Below are positions 51,260-61,339 of a stretch of DNA of 64,000 nucleotides, piece by piece. Each line of letters starts with the position of its first letter. Positions within the stretch are counted from its first letter, which is position 1. Origin of the DNA: Variovorax sp. (GTDB taxonomy: Bacteria > Pseudomonadota > Gammaproteobacteria > Burkholderiales > Burkholderiaceae_C); assembly GCA_035476655.1 (NCBI GenBank), contig DATILH010000218.1:16366-80365 (forward strand), given 5' to 3'. A program made the translations under genes and the position numbers. The notes beneath the pieces were generated by a model that was given only the letters and a program-made list of their open reading frames with translations, ran no database searches and was not told where the DNA came from.

Positions 51260-54200
51260 CAGCCCACCCACTTGCGGGCGTTGCGCCAGATCTGCATCCA
51301 GGGGCTGAGCTCGCTCTTGTCGCCGCTGGTCCAGCTCATCTGGACGTTGCGGAATACCCGCTCGGGGTGCGGCATGAGCGCGGTGAAGCGGCCGTCCGCG
51401 GTGGTGACGGAGGTCAGGCCGCCCGGGCTTCCATTGGGGTTGAAGGGATAGCGCTCGGTGGCCGCGCCCTGGTGGTCGACATAGCGCATCGCCACGATCA
51501 CCTGGCTGGCATCGCCGCGGTGCTTGAAGTTGGCATAGCCCTCGCCATGCGCCACCGCGATCGGCAGGCGGCTGCCGGCCATGCCGGCAAGGAACAGGCT
51601 GGGCGACTCCAGCACTTCCACCAGCGACAGGCGGGCCTCGAAGCGCTCGCTCTGGTTGGTGGTGAAGCGCGGCCAGTGCTCGGCGCCAGGGATGATGTCG
51701 GCCAGCTCGGCAAACATCTGGCAGCCGTTGCACACGCCCAGGCCGAAGGTGTCCTTGCGACTGAAGAAAGCCTGGAACTGCGCCGACAGCTGCGGGTTGA
51801 AGGTGATGCTGCGGGCCCAGCCGATGCCGGCGCCCAGCGTGTCGCCATAGCTGAAGCCGCCGCAGGCGACCACGCCCTTGAACTGCGCCAGGTCGGCGCG
51901 GCCGGATTGCAGGTCGGTCATGTGGACGTCGAAGGCCTCGAAGCCGGCTTCGGTGAAGGCGTAGGCCATCTCGACGTGCGAATTGACGCCTTGCTCGCGC
52001 AGGATCGCGACCCTGGGACGGCTGCCCACGTAGGCCGGTGCCGCCGGAGCTGCTGCAGGCAGGAAGACATGCAGGCCCGGATCCGCCGGATCGCCGGCCG
52101 CCGCATGCTCCTCGTCGGCGCAAGCCGGGTTGTCGCGCTCCACGGCGATCTTCCAGCTCACAGCATCCCAGACCTGGTGCAGGTCCTGCAGGCTGGCACC
52201 GAACACCGACTTGGCATCGCGCCAGATTTCCAGCCGGCCCTTGCCGGCCTCGATGATGGAGCTGTCGGGCCGGGTCTTGCCGACGAAATGGCTGCAGGCC
52301 GAAAGGCCATGCGCACGCAAGGTCTGCATGACCTCGTTGCGCTCGCTGGTAGGCACCTGCAGCAGCATGCCCAGCTCTTCGTTGAACAGGGCCTTGAGCG
52401 TGAGTTCCTCGCGCCGCGCGCTGACCTGGCTGGCCCAGTTCTTGGCGTCGCCGTACTCGGCGCGGCTGTCGCTGATGCCGTCGCCCTCGGTCACCAGCAT
52501 GTCGATGTTGAGGGCCAGGCCCACATGGCCGGCAAAGGCCATCTCGCAGGCGGCCGCAAAGAGGCCACCGTCGCTGCGGTCGTGCATGGCCAGGATGCGG
52601 CCCTGGGCGCGCAAGGCGTTGACGGCGTCGACCAGGCGCACCAGGTCCTGCGGATCGTCCACGTCGGGCACCGCGTCGCCACCCTGCTCCAAGGTCTGGG
52701 CCAGGATGCTGCCGGCCATGCGCATCTTGCCGCGGCCCAGGTCGATCAGCACCAGGGTGGTGTCGGCCTGCTGCGCTTCGAGTTGCGGCGTGAGCGTTCC
52801 CCGCACGTCGTCGATGCTGGCGAAAGCGCTGACGATCAGGCTGACGGGCGAAGTCACGCGCTTGGCTTCGCTGCCCTCGCTCCATTGCGTGCGCATGGAC
52901 AGCGAATCCTTGCCGACGGGAATCGAGATGCCCAGCGCCGGGCACAGCTCCAGCCCCACGGCCTTGACGGTCTCGTACAGCGCCGCGTCCTCGCCCGGCT
53001 CGCCGCAGGCGGCCATCCAGTTGGCCGAGAGCTTGACCTTGGAGAGTTCGATCGGCGCGGCCAGCAGGTTGGTGATGGCCTCGGCCACCGCCATGCGCCC
53101 GGATGCCGGCGCGTCATAGGCGGCCAGCGGCGTGCGCTCGCCCATGCTCATGGCCTCGCCGGCAAAGCCCTTGAAATCGGCCAGGGTGACGGCGCAGTCG
53201 GCCACCGGCACCTGCCAGGGGCCGACCATCTGGTCGCGGTGGCTCATGCCGCCCACCGTGCGGTCGCCGATGGTGATGAGGAATCGCTTGGAGGACACGG
53301 TGGGATGCGACAGCACCGCGATCGCGGCCTTTTGCAGGTCGACCCCGGTAAGTTCCAAGGGCTTGAACTGGCGCGCCACAGTCTTCACGTCGCGGTGCAT
53401 CTTGGGCGGCTTGCCCAGCAGCACGTCCATGGGCATGTGCACCGCTTCGTCGCCAGGATCCTTTTCGTCGTCGAGCACCAGTTGCCGCTCTTCGGTGGCC
53501 ACGCCGACCACCGCGAAGGGGCAGCGCTCGCGCTCGCAGAAAGCCTGGAACACGGCCAGCGCCTGGGGCGCGATCGCCAGCACATAGCGCTCCTGGCTTT
53601 CGTTGCACCAGATTTCCTTGGGCGCCATGCCCGACTCTTCCAGCGGCACGGCCGAGAGGTCGAAGCGCGCGCCGCGGCCAGCGTCGTTGGTCAATTCCGG
53701 AAACGCATTGGACAGCCCGCCAGCACCGACGTCGTGGATCGCCAGGATCGGGTTGGCCTCGCCCTGCAGCCAGCAGTGGTTGATGACCTCCTGCGCGCGC
53801 CGCTCGATCTCGGGATTGCCCCGCTGAACCGAATCGAAGTCCAGCTCGGCCGCGTTGGCGCCGGTGGCCATCGAGCTGGCGGCGCTGCCGCCCATGCCGA
53901 TGCGCATGCCGGGGCCGCCCAACTGGATCAGCAGGGTGCCGGCCGGGAACTTGATCTTCTGGGTCTGCGTGGCGTCGATCTGGCCGAGGCCGCCGGCGAT
54001 CATGATCGGCTTGTGATAGCCGCGCTGCACCGTGTCGACGTCGCTCTGCACCGCCTGTTCGTACTCGCGGAAGTAGCCCAGAAGATTGGGCCGGCCGAAT
54101 TCGTTGTTGAAGGCGGCCCCGCCCAGCGGGCCTTCGGTCATGATCTGCAAGGGGCTGGCGATGTGCTCGGGCTTGCCGTAGCTGCCCTCTTGCGGCCACA

Positions 54201-55287
54201 ACTTCGAGACCGTGAAGCCGGTCAACCCGGCCTTGGGCCTGGAGCCGCGGCCGGTCGCGCCCTCGTCGCGGATCTCGCCGCCGGCGCCGGTCGAGGCACC
54301 GGGAAAGGGCGAGATGGCGGTGGGATGGTTGTGCGTCTCCACCTTCATCAGCACGTGATGCAGGGCTTCGCTCTTCTCGTAGCTCGGCACGCCGGCACCC
54401 TGCGCTTCCATTCGGGCGCTGAAGCGCTCCACCGGGTGGCCTTCCATGATCGAAGCGTTGTCCGAATAGGCCACCACCGTGTGCTGCGGGTTGGCGCGCT
54501 CGGTGTGGCGGATCATCGAGAACAGGCTTTGCGGCTGCTTCTGGCCGTCGATGGTGAAGTCGGCGTTGAAGATCTTGTGGCGGCAGTGCTCGCTGTTGGC
54601 CTGGGCGAACATCATCAGTTCGACATCGGTCGGGTTGCGCCCCAACCTGGTGAAGGCGTCGACCAGGTAGTCGATCTCGTCCTCGGCGAGGGCGAGGCCG
54701 AAGGTCTTGTTGGCCTCTTCCAGCGCGGCGCGGCCGCCCTGGGCCACGTCCACATGGGCCATCGGCGTGGCCGGCAGCTCGGCGAACAGGGCCGCTGCGT
54801 GCTCTAGCGAGACCAGCACCGATTCGGTCATGCGATCGTGCAGCAGCGAGGCGACGGCGGCGAGCTTGTCGTCCTCCAGTTGCGGAACCTTGCCGAACAG
54901 CGAAGCCTTCAGGCCCACGTGGAACTCGGTCACCCGCTCGACGCGCCGCACCGCCAGGCCGCAGTTGTGGGCAATGTCGGTGGCCTTGGAAGCCCAGGGC
55001 GAGACCGTGCCCAGGCGCGGCGCCACCACGACGCTGGTCGTGGGGTTCTGGCGCGGCGCCCCGGCGGGCGCGCCGTAGCTCAGCAGGGCCCCAAACTGGG
55101 CGTGCTGGGCATCGGAAAGGGGTTCGTCGGTGGCCACCAGGTGCACGAAGCGGGCGCTCAAGGCCTCGATGCGCGAGTCCACCGCCTGCAGGCGGGGCAG
55201 CAATTGACGGGCGCGGAAGTCGCTGAGGGCACTGGCGCCGTTGAAGCGCGTCACGGTGGGAGGGGTGTGGGGCCGGGCAGAGGTCAC
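51259..55287 (-). CDS. purL: Phosphoribosylformylglycinamidine synthase (large fused type)
   Basis: [42 protein letters not shown]. Start (GTG 55287 or 55254) uncertain. Confidence 0.97.
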   Translation of the reverse strand: MTSARPHTPPTVTRFNGASALSDFRARQLLPRLQAVDSRIEALSARFVHLVATDEPLSDAQHAQFGALLSYGAPAGAPRQNPTTSVVVAPRLGTVSPWASKATDIAHNCGLAVRRVERVTEFHVGLKASLFGKVPQLEDDKLAAVASLLHDRMTESVLVSLEHAAALFAELPATPMAHVDVAQGGRAALEEANKTFGLALAEDEIDYLVDAFTRLGRNPTDVELMMFAQANSEHCRHKIFNADFTIDGQKQPQSLFSMIRHTERANPQHTVVAYSDNASIMEGHPVERFSARMEAQGAGVPSYEKSEALHHVLMKVETHNHPTAISPFPGASTGAGGEIRDEGATGRGSRPKAGLTGFTVSKLWPQEGSYGKPEHIASPLQIMTEGPLGGAAFNNEFGRPNLLGYFREYEQAVQSDVDTVQRGYHKPIMIAGGLGQIDATQTQKIKFPAGTLLIQLGGPGMRIGMGGSAASSMATGANAAELDFDSVQRGNPEIERRAQEVINHCWLQGEANPILAIHDVGAGGLSNAFPELTNDAGRGARFDLSAVPLEESGMAPKEIWCNESQERYVLAIAPQALAVFQAFCERERCPFAVVGVATEERQLVLDDEKDPGDEAVHMPMDVLLGKPPKMHRDVKTVARQFKPLELTGVDLQKAAIAVLSHPTVSSKRFLITIGDRTVGGMSHRDQMVGPWQVPVADCAVTLADFKGFAGEAMSMGERTPLAAYDAPASGRMAVAEAITNLLAAPIELSKVKLSANWMAACGEPGEDAALYETVKAVGLELCPALGISIPVGKDSLSMRTQWSEGSEAKRVTSPVSLIVSAFASIDDVRGTLTPQLEAQQADTTLVLIDLGRGKMRMAGSILAQTLEQGGDAVPDVDDPQDLVRLVDAVNALRAQGRILAMHDRSDGGLFAAACEMAFAGHVGLALNIDMLVTEGDGISDSRAEYGDAKNWASQVSARREELTLKALFNEELGMLLQVPTSERNEVMQTLRAHGLSACSHFVGKTRPDSSIIEAGKGRLEIWRDAKSVFGASLQDLHQVWDAVSWKIAVERDNPACADEEHAAAGDPADPGLHVFLPAAAPAAPAYVGSRPRVAILREQGVNSHVEMAYAFTEAGFEAFDVHMTDLQSGRADLAQFKGVVACGGFSYGDTLGAGIGWARSITFNPQLSAQFQAFFSRKDTFGLGVCNGCQMFAELADIIPGAEHWPRFTTNQSERFEARLSLVEVLESPSLFLAGMAGSRLPIAVAHGEGYANFKHRGDASQVIVAMRYVDHQGAATERYPFNPNGSPGGLTSVTTADGRFTALMPHPERVFRNVQMSWTSGDKSELSPWMQIWRNARKWVG

Positions 55288-55411
55288 AGGCTGCTTGTGT
55301 GAAGTGCTGAGGTGCGGGCCTTGCGGCCCTCGGGGCTTGTGCGGCCGGCCGCTGACTGGGGCCATCCGCGCAAACCCTGAATTTTAGCGGCCCGAATGGG
55401 ATAATTGCCGC

Positions 55412-56224
55412 ATGAGCATCACCTACAAAGACGCTGAAGGCGTGGCCGGCATGCGCGTGGCGTGCCGCCTGGCTTCCGAAGTGCTGGACTACCTCACCCC
55501 ACACGTGAAGCCGGGCGTCACCACCAACGACCTCGACAAGCTGGCGCACGACTACATCACCCAGGAGCAGCGCGCCATTCCGGCACCGCTGAACTACATG
55601 GGCGGCGGCTCCATCCCCTACCCCAAGTCGATCTGCACCTCGGTCAACCACGTGGTGTGCCATGGCATTCCGAACGACAAGGCTCTAAAGAAGGGCGACA
55701 TCGTCAACCTGGACATCACCGTCATCAAGGACGGCTGGCATGGCGACACCAGCCGGATGTTCATCGTCGGCGAGGGTTCCATCGCCGCCAAGCGCCTGAT
55801 CAACTTCACCTACGACGCCATGTGGCACGGCATCGTCAAGGTCAAGCCGGGCGCGCGCCTGGGCGACATCGGCTTTGCCATCCAGCGTTTTGCCGAAAGC
55901 AACGGTTTCTCGGTGGTGCGCGAGTTCTGCGGACACGGCATCGGCCGGGGCTTCCATGAAGAGCCGCAGGTGCTGCACTACGGAAAGCCCGGCACCCTGG
56001 ACGAGCTCAAGCCCGGCATGACCTTCACCATCGAGCCGATGATCAACGCCGGCAAGCGCGACATCAAGGAGTTCGGCAACGACGGCTGGACCATCGTGAC
56101 GCGCGACCATTCCCTGTCGGCGCAATGGGAGCACACGGTGCTGGTCACCGAAACCGGCTACGAGGTGCTGACCTTGTCGGCCGGCAGCCCACCCGTGCCC
56201 GACTTCGTGAACGCCGCCGCTTGA
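55412..56224 (+). CDS. map: Methionine aminopeptidase type I
   Basis: CTSVNHVVCHGIP, DGWHGDTS, GHGIG..FHEEP, EPMIN, SAQWEHT. Confidence 0.97.
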   Translation: MSITYKDAEGVAGMRVACRLASEVLDYLTPHVKPGVTTNDLDKLAHDYITQEQRAIPAPLNYMGGGSIPYPKSICTSVNHVVCHGIPNDKALKKGDIVNLDITVIKDGWHGDTSRMFIVGEGSIAAKRLINFTYDAMWHGIVKVKPGARLGDIGFAIQRFAESNGFSVVREFCGHGIGRGFHEEPQVLHYGKPGTLDELKPGMTFTIEPMINAGKRDIKEFGNDGWTIVTRDHSLSAQWEHTVLVTETGYEVLTLSAGSPPVPDFVNAAA

Positions 56225-56271
56225 GCCGGCCGGCGCCCAAGCGGCTGACCCCGCAGAACTGGACGGCAGAC

Positions 56272-58863
56272 ATGGTCGACCTTCCCATGCTGCGCGACGC
56301 CTACCGCGCCCACAAGAGCGCGGTGTTCGACGCGCTGCGCAGCGCGCACGCGCCGGCGCGCGGCGTGCATGCGGTGCTCAAGCAACTGTCCACCCTGGCC
56401 GACGAGGCGCTGCGCGCACTCTGGAACGAAGCCGGCTTCGGCAACCAGTTCGCGCTGCTGGCGGTCGGCGGCTTCGGGCGCGGCGAACTGTTCCCGCATT
56501 CCGACGTCGACGTGCTGCTGCTGCTGCCCGACGGCGAGGCCCCCGGCGCCATCGAATCTGCCAAGATCGAAGCCTTCATCGGCCAGTGCTGGGATGCCGG
56601 CCTGGAGATCGGCTCTTCCGTGCGCAACTTGGAGGAATGCCTGGCCGAAGCCGCCAAGGACGTCACCGTCCAGACCTCGCTGCTCGAGTCGCGCCTGGTG
56701 GCCGGCGACAAGAAGCTCTACGCGGCCTTTCGCCAGCGCTTCCTGCAGTCGATCGACCCCAGCGAATTCTTCGCCGCCAAGACGCAGGAAATGCGACACC
56801 GGCACCAGAAGTACGAGAACACGCCTTACGCGCTGGAGCCCAACTGTAAGGAATCGCCCGGTGGCCTGCGCGACCTGCAGATTATCCTGTGGGTGGCCAA
56901 GGCGACGGGCTTCGGCCACAAGTGGGACGACCTGGCCAAGAACGGCCTGGCCACCGCCTTCGAGGTACAGCAGATCAAGCGCAACGAGGCCCTGCTCTCC
57001 CTGATCCGCGCCCGCCTGCATGTGATCGCCAACCGGCGCGAAGACCGGCTGGTGTTCGACCTGCAGACCGCCGTGGCGGCCAGCTTCGGCTATGAAGGCG
57101 AGTCGCAGCGCAAGGCCAGCGAGGCGCTGATGCGGCGCTACTACTGGGCAGCCAAGGCGGTGACCCAGCTCAGCGAGATCCTCCTGCTCAACATCGGCGA
57201 GCGCCTGCAGCCGCAAGCCGATGTGCCAACCCGCATCAACGAGCGCTTCTTTGAAAAGGGCGGCACCATTGAGGTGGCCAGCGACGACCTGTACCTGCGC
57301 GAGCCGCACGCCATCCTGGAGACCTTCTGGCTCTTCGAGAAGACGGTAGGCGTGAAGGGCCTGTCGGTCCGCACCCTGCGCGCGCTCTACAACGCGCGCC
57401 ATGTGATGGACAGCAAGTTCCGCAACGACCCGGCGAACCATGCGATGTTCATGCACATCCTGAAGGAGCCGCGCGGCATCACGCACGCCTTCCGCCTGAT
57501 GAACCAGACCTCGGTGCTGGGGCGCTACCTGCGGGTGTTCCGCAGCATCGTCGGGCAGATGCAGCATGACCTGTTCCACGTCTACACGGTGGACCAGCAC
57601 ATCCTGATGGTGCTGCGCAACGTCAGGCGCTTCTTCATCGTCGAGCATGCGCACGAATACCCGTTCTGCTCGCAGCTCGCGGGCGGCTGGGACAAGCCCT
57701 GGGTGCTGTATGTGGCCGCCCTCTTCCACGACATCGCCAAGGGCCGCGGCGGCGACCATTCGCAACTCGGCGCGCGCGACGTGCAGCGCTTTTGCAAGCA
57801 GCACGGCATCGAGCGCGAGGATTCCAGGCTGATCGAGTTCCTGGTCAGCTCGCACCTGGTGATGAGCCATATCGCCCAAAAGCAGGACCTGAGCGACCCC
57901 GAGGTCATCGGCGACTTCGCCAAGCGAGTGGGCAACGAGCGCTATCTCACCGCCTTGTACCTGCTCACCGTGGCCGACATCCGCGGCACCTCGCCGCGCG
58001 TCTGGAACGCCTGGAAGGGCAAGCTGCTGGAAGACCTCTACCGCGCCACCGCACGTGCGCTCGGCGGCCGCATGCCCGATCCAGGCGCCGAAGTCGAGGC
58101 GCGCAAGCGCGAGGCGCTGGCGCTGCTGGCGCCGCATGCCCTGCCCTTCGAGGCGCACAAGGCGCTGTGGAGCACGCTGGATGTCGGCTACTTCATGCGC
58201 CACGACGCCGCCGAGATCGCCTGGCACACCCGCCAGCTCTCGCGCCATGTGCCGCTGGCCGGCGTGCCGATCGACCCGAAGGCGCCGGCCATCGTGCGGG
58301 CCCGCCTGTCGCCGGTGGGCGAAGGGCTGCAGGTGCTGGTCTACACGCCCGACCAGCCCGACCTGTTCGCACGCATCTGCGGCTACTTCGACCATGCCTC
58401 CTTCAGCATCCTGGATGCCAAGGTGCACACGACCAGCAGCGGCTATGCGCTGGACACCTTCCAGGTGATCACCACTTTCCTGCCCGACCACTACCGCGAG
58501 CTGATCAGCATGGTCGAGACCGACCTGGCCCATGCCCTGACCGATCCGGGCGAGCTGCCCGCACCCAGCCGCGGCCGGGTCTCGCGCCGGGTCAAGAGCT
58601 TCCCGATCAAGACCCGCGTCACCCTGATGCCCGACGAGAAGGCGCAGCGCTGGGTGCTCAACATCTCGGCCAGCGACCGCGTGGGCCTGCTCTACTCGGT
58701 GGCGCGTGTGCTGGCCAAGCACCATCTCAATCTGCAGCTGGCCAAGGTCACGACCCTGGGCGAGCGGGTGGAAGATACCTTCCTCATCAGCGGCCCCGAG
58801 CTGCAGGGCCACCGCTCGCAGATGGATATCGAGACCGAGCTGGTCGAGGCGCTGTCTTCCTGA
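56272..58863 (+). CDS. glnD: [Protein-PII] uridylyltransferase
   Basis: AVGGFGRGELFPHSDVD, KESPGGLRD, HVYTVDQH, HDIAKGRGGDHS, ACT domains; follows map. Confidence 0.97.
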   Translation: MVDLPMLRDAYRAHKSAVFDALRSAHAPARGVHAVLKQLSTLADEALRALWNEAGFGNQFALLAVGGFGRGELFPHSDVDVLLLLPDGEAPGAIESAKIEAFIGQCWDAGLEIGSSVRNLEECLAEAAKDVTVQTSLLESRLVAGDKKLYAAFRQRFLQSIDPSEFFAAKTQEMRHRHQKYENTPYALEPNCKESPGGLRDLQIILWVAKATGFGHKWDDLAKNGLATAFEVQQIKRNEALLSLIRARLHVIANRREDRLVFDLQTAVAASFGYEGESQRKASEALMRRYYWAAKAVTQLSEILLLNIGERLQPQADVPTRINERFFEKGGTIEVASDDLYLREPHAILETFWLFEKTVGVKGLSVRTLRALYNARHVMDSKFRNDPANHAMFMHILKEPRGITHAFRLMNQTSVLGRYLRVFRSIVGQMQHDLFHVYTVDQHILMVLRNVRRFFIVEHAHEYPFCSQLAGGWDKPWVLYVAALFHDIAKGRGGDHSQLGARDVQRFCKQHGIEREDSRLIEFLVSSHLVMSHIAQKQDLSDPEVIGDFAKRVGNERYLTALYLLTVADIRGTSPRVWNAWKGKLLEDLYRATARALGGRMPDPGAEVEARKREALALLAPHALPFEAHKALWSTLDVGYFMRHDAAEIAWHTRQLSRHVPLAGVPIDPKAPAIVRARLSPVGEGLQVLVYTPDQPDLFARICGYFDHASFSILDAKVHTTSSGYALDTFQVITTFLPDHYRELISMVETDLAHALTDPGELPAPSRGRVSRRVKSFPIKTRVTLMPDEKAQRWVLNISASDRVGLLYSVARVLAKHHLNLQLAKVTTLGERVEDTFLISGPELQGHRSQMDIETELVEALSS

Positions 58864-58884
58864 GTTCCGGGAGGCGCGAGCACG

Positions 58885-59007
58885 ATGAACGGCGCCGAGA
58901 TCCGGCGTGCCAGCGCCAGCAGCTTCGACGAGCTCGGCCAGAGGCCCGCGCAGGTGGTGCGCGGCATCGACGAGATAGCGCAGCTCTGGCGCTCGGGGCC
59001 CGGCTAG
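58885..59007 (+). pseudogene. Short 40-codon ORF, possible gene remnant at the left edge of the accessory patch
   Basis: GGAGG RBS, ATG 58885, MNGAEIRRASASSFDELG...PG*; no recognisable complete domain. Confidence 0.3.
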
Positions 59008-59097
59008 GACCCCCCATGAAGTAATCGAACAATTCGGGCGCTACAGAGGGGAAAGTTGCGTGTTCAGGCGAGCATTCCACACCGCCGTTCCACACTT

Positions 59098-59898
59098 TTA
59101 CTTGGCGTCTGACAAGCTAGGCCCTTGAGTCAGGTCAATGAGGCGCTTGCCAAACTTACCAATCGCATCGCACTCAAGCGAGAAGATGTTCGACACCGCT
59201 CGCATAGCGACAAGCAAGACCTGTGTTGCCATCATCCACGCGTCGTACTGACCTGCGATCTCTGGCTCGTTCTTGAACTCGATGGGCCGGTCTTGATCGA
59301 CCACGACCACATGCCGGTCCAGGGTCGAAACCTTTACATGGGCAGAAAAGCTCAACAGCGCGTAGTGGACGAGGTACCACTGTTCCATGCCTGCATGCTT
59401 GGCAACGTCATACAGCTTCAACTCCTTCCCCGACCCTTGCGCGAGCACATCCAGTTCCTCATCGGTAAACGGTATTGCGGCGCGCACATCCGAATCCCAG
59501 CGCCGAATCTTGTCCACCAGCGCTCGCTTATCGTGGTCGTGGGTGTCAAGAATGGTGCTGGCTAGCTCCGGCTTCTTCTCGATTGCGCAGAGCGGGAACA
59601 ACGCCTCAAGCGCAGACCGTAGAACGGTCTTGGCCTGCGTGGGCAACCCATGCTCCAACAGCAAAACAGCGCCCTGCGTTGATGCGAGAGAGCGTGCGTA
59701 CAGGGCCGCAGCCGTCGTCTCTTGGAGCCGCTCAGGATGAATGTCCAAGAGGTGCTGAATGCCCACAGCGAGACGGTTGCTCGCGTAGTGCAATTTGACG
59801 AGTTCGCCGTGTTCAGCATGGACTGTGTCGCGCAGGTTGCGCGCAGCGTCTGAGAGGAAGCCATCGGCGAAGTCGTGGTCAAGAATGCTGTTGCTCAT
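59098..59898 (-). CDS. DUF5677-like hypothetical protein
   Basis: AKTVLRSALEA, Y..LSFSAHV motifs; visibly lower GC and atypical codons; ATG 59898 preferred. Confidence 0.65.
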   Translation of the reverse strand: MSNSILDHDFADGFLSDAARNLRDTVHAEHGELVKLHYASNRLAVGIQHLLDIHPERLQETTAAALYARSLASTQGAVLLLEHGLPTQAKTVLRSALEALFPLCAIEKKPELASTILDTHDHDKRALVDKIRRWDSDVRAAIPFTDEELDVLAQGSGKELKLYDVAKHAGMEQWYLVHYALLSFSAHVKVSTLDRHVVVVDQDRPIEFKNEPEIAGQYDAWMMATQVLLVAMRAVSNIFSLECDAIGKFGKRLIDLTQGPSLSDAK

Positions 59899-59910
59899 GC
59901 GGACAATGAC

Positions 59911-59947
59911 ACTGAACATATGTAAGGGGTGTCCACTTAGCTCCAGT
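59911..59947 (-). repeat. Left arm of 37-bp inverted repeat
   Basis: ACTGAACATATGTAAGGGGTGTCCACTTAGCTCCAGT; 34/37 identical to the reverse complement of 60816-60852. Confidence 0.9.
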
Positions 59948-60019
59948 GCAGCCATCTACGCGGTGGTCACGAAGGGGCGCTACGCCTGGGGCCCAACTGT
60001 TGAAGAGTAGACTGTGGGC

Positions 60020-60051
60020 TCGCCACATCGCCACATCGCCACATCGCCACA
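60020..60051 (+). repeat. Perfect tandem repeat (TCGCCACA)x4
   Basis: Read directly from the sequence; lies just upstream of the GGAGG RBS of the next gene. Confidence 0.95.
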
Positions 60052-60072
60052 GGCGCGAAGGAGGCGGAAGTG

Positions 60073-60744
60073 ATGATGAGTCGTCGGAGCAAACGCTCGT
60101 TGCAGGCGTCATTCGCCTTGTTGTGCGTGACCGTCGTCGGCGCGGCCGCCCAGGGCGTCGGCATGTCGTTCTTCATCACCAGCCGCGGGCTCGGCAATGG
60201 CGCCGATCTTGGCGGGCTCGCTGGCGCCGACAAGCATTGCCAGACGCTCGCCACCGCGGCCGGCGCTGGATCGCGCACCTGGCGGGCCTACCTGAGCGCT
60301 GATAAGGGCGACGGTGTGGCCGCAGTGTATGCCCGCGATCGAATCGGCAAAGGGCCATGGCGCAACGCCAGGGGCGAGGTGATCGCCAAGGACGTCAAGC
60401 AACTGCACGGCGACAACAACCTGACCAAGCAGACCGCGCTGACCGAGAGAGGCGAGATCGTCAACGGCAGTGGAGACACGCCGAACCGGCACGACATCCT
60501 GACCGGGTCGACGGATGATGGCAGCCCGTTTGGCGGCGATCGCGATTTCAGCTGCGGCAGGTGGACGAAGAGCGGCGACGACCCACCTGCCCTTGCGTTC
60601 GTTGGCCATCACGACCGCACCGGGCTCGACGACTCGAAGCGGGGGAGGTCATGGAACTCGGCGCATTTTTCGCGCGGCTGCAGCCAGGAAGCGTTGCGCA
60701 GCACGGGAGGCGATGGGTTGTTCTACTGTTTTGCGGTCGACTGA
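60073..60744 (+). CDS. Secreted endostatin/DUF1554-like ('lectin') protein
   Basis: Signal peptide; FFITS..G.GADLGGLAGADKHCQ, WRAYLS, HDILTGS, SWNSAH..GCSQ..LFYCFA. Start could be 60070, 60073 or 60076. Confidence 0.75.
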   Translation: MMSRRSKRSLQASFALLCVTVVGAAAQGVGMSFFITSRGLGNGADLGGLAGADKHCQTLATAAGAGSRTWRAYLSADKGDGVAAVYARDRIGKGPWRNARGEVIAKDVKQLHGDNNLTKQTALTERGEIVNGSGDTPNRHDILTGSTDDGSPFGGDRDFSCGRWTKSGDDPPALAFVGHHDRTGLDDSKRGRSWNSAHFSRGCSQEALRSTGGDGLFYCFAVD

Positions 60745-60815
60745 CAACCAGAGGTCGCTGCGAGCCACTGATCCGCTGATTCGGGCGCAAACGCGCCATC
60801 CGTATTGGCCGTTCA

Positions 60816-60852
60816 ACTGGAGCTAACCGGACACCCCTTACATATGTACAGT
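60816..60852 (+). repeat. Right arm of 37-bp inverted repeat
   Basis: ACTGGAGCTAACCGGACACCCCTTACATATGTACAGT. Confidence 0.9.
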
Positions 60853-60860
60853 ATTTGCCC

Positions 60861-60906
60861 ATGAAGCGCGTTGCCTTCTACATACCGTTGGCGCATCGTG
60901 TCCGAC
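60861..60906 (+). pseudogene. Frameshifted 5' remnant of a small gene (MKRVAFY/RWRIVSD)
   Basis: Aligns with 61336 onward (MNRVGFYRWRIV) once a 4-bp insertion (CATA) after TTCTA is removed. Confidence 0.55.
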
Positions 60907-60925
60907 AAGTTAACTTCTACCCATC

Positions 60926-61339
60926 ATGAAAAAGCTCATCATCTCGGCAGCACTGGCCAGCGCTTCACTAATCGCCCAGGCCGGCATCGTGGGCGCCACT
61001 CTGGAGGCCCACGCCATCGGTGACTACATGGCTTTCTGCCCTGACGGCTGGAAAGGCTCCGCCACCGAGGACAAGCAGCGCGTCACGTGCCGACTGTCCT
61101 TGCTGCCGAGTCTTGAAAACGCGGTCATTCAAATCACGGCGAACAAGGTGAGTGATATCGCCTTCTACCTGCCCGATCGCTGGACGTTTGACGCTGCGCT
61201 GGCAGACCTCAACCTCCTATACGGACGGGCCACCATCAACCCGAACAGCAACGGCGTGTTTTGGCGACCGGGTGGCTCTTTGATCGAGGCCGAAATGTTC
61301 GGCCAGCGCTACCGGGTCACGGTCAAACGCGGGCAATGA
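60926..61339 (+). CDS. Hypothetical secreted protein
   Basis: Clear signal peptide MKKLIISAALASASLIAQA; 137 aa; two Cys. Confidence 0.7.
   Translation: MKKLIISAALASASLIAQAGIVGATLEAHAIGDYMAFCPDGWKGSATEDKQRVTCRLSLLPSLENAVIQITANKVSDIAFYLPDRWTFDAALADLNLLYGRATINPNSNGVFWRPGGSLIEAEMFGQRYRVTVKRGQ

Noticed and set aside
55288..55411. Possible purine/ZTP riboswitch upstream of purL
   Set aside because: Only a short GC hairpin (GCGGGCCTTGCGGCCC); conserved riboswitch motifs were not recognised. An Rfam scan would settle it.
60020..60051. CRISPR array
   Set aside because: 8-bp units without spacers and no cas genes; no CRISPR-like repeat-spacer pattern seen anywhere in the window.
59911..60852. Inverted repeats interpreted as a classical IS, or region interpreted as an integron
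   Set aside because: No transposase or integrase, no evident target-site duplication, and no attC-type RYYYAAC..GTTRRRY structures; the GGACAC resemblance to IS3-family ends fits only one arm.
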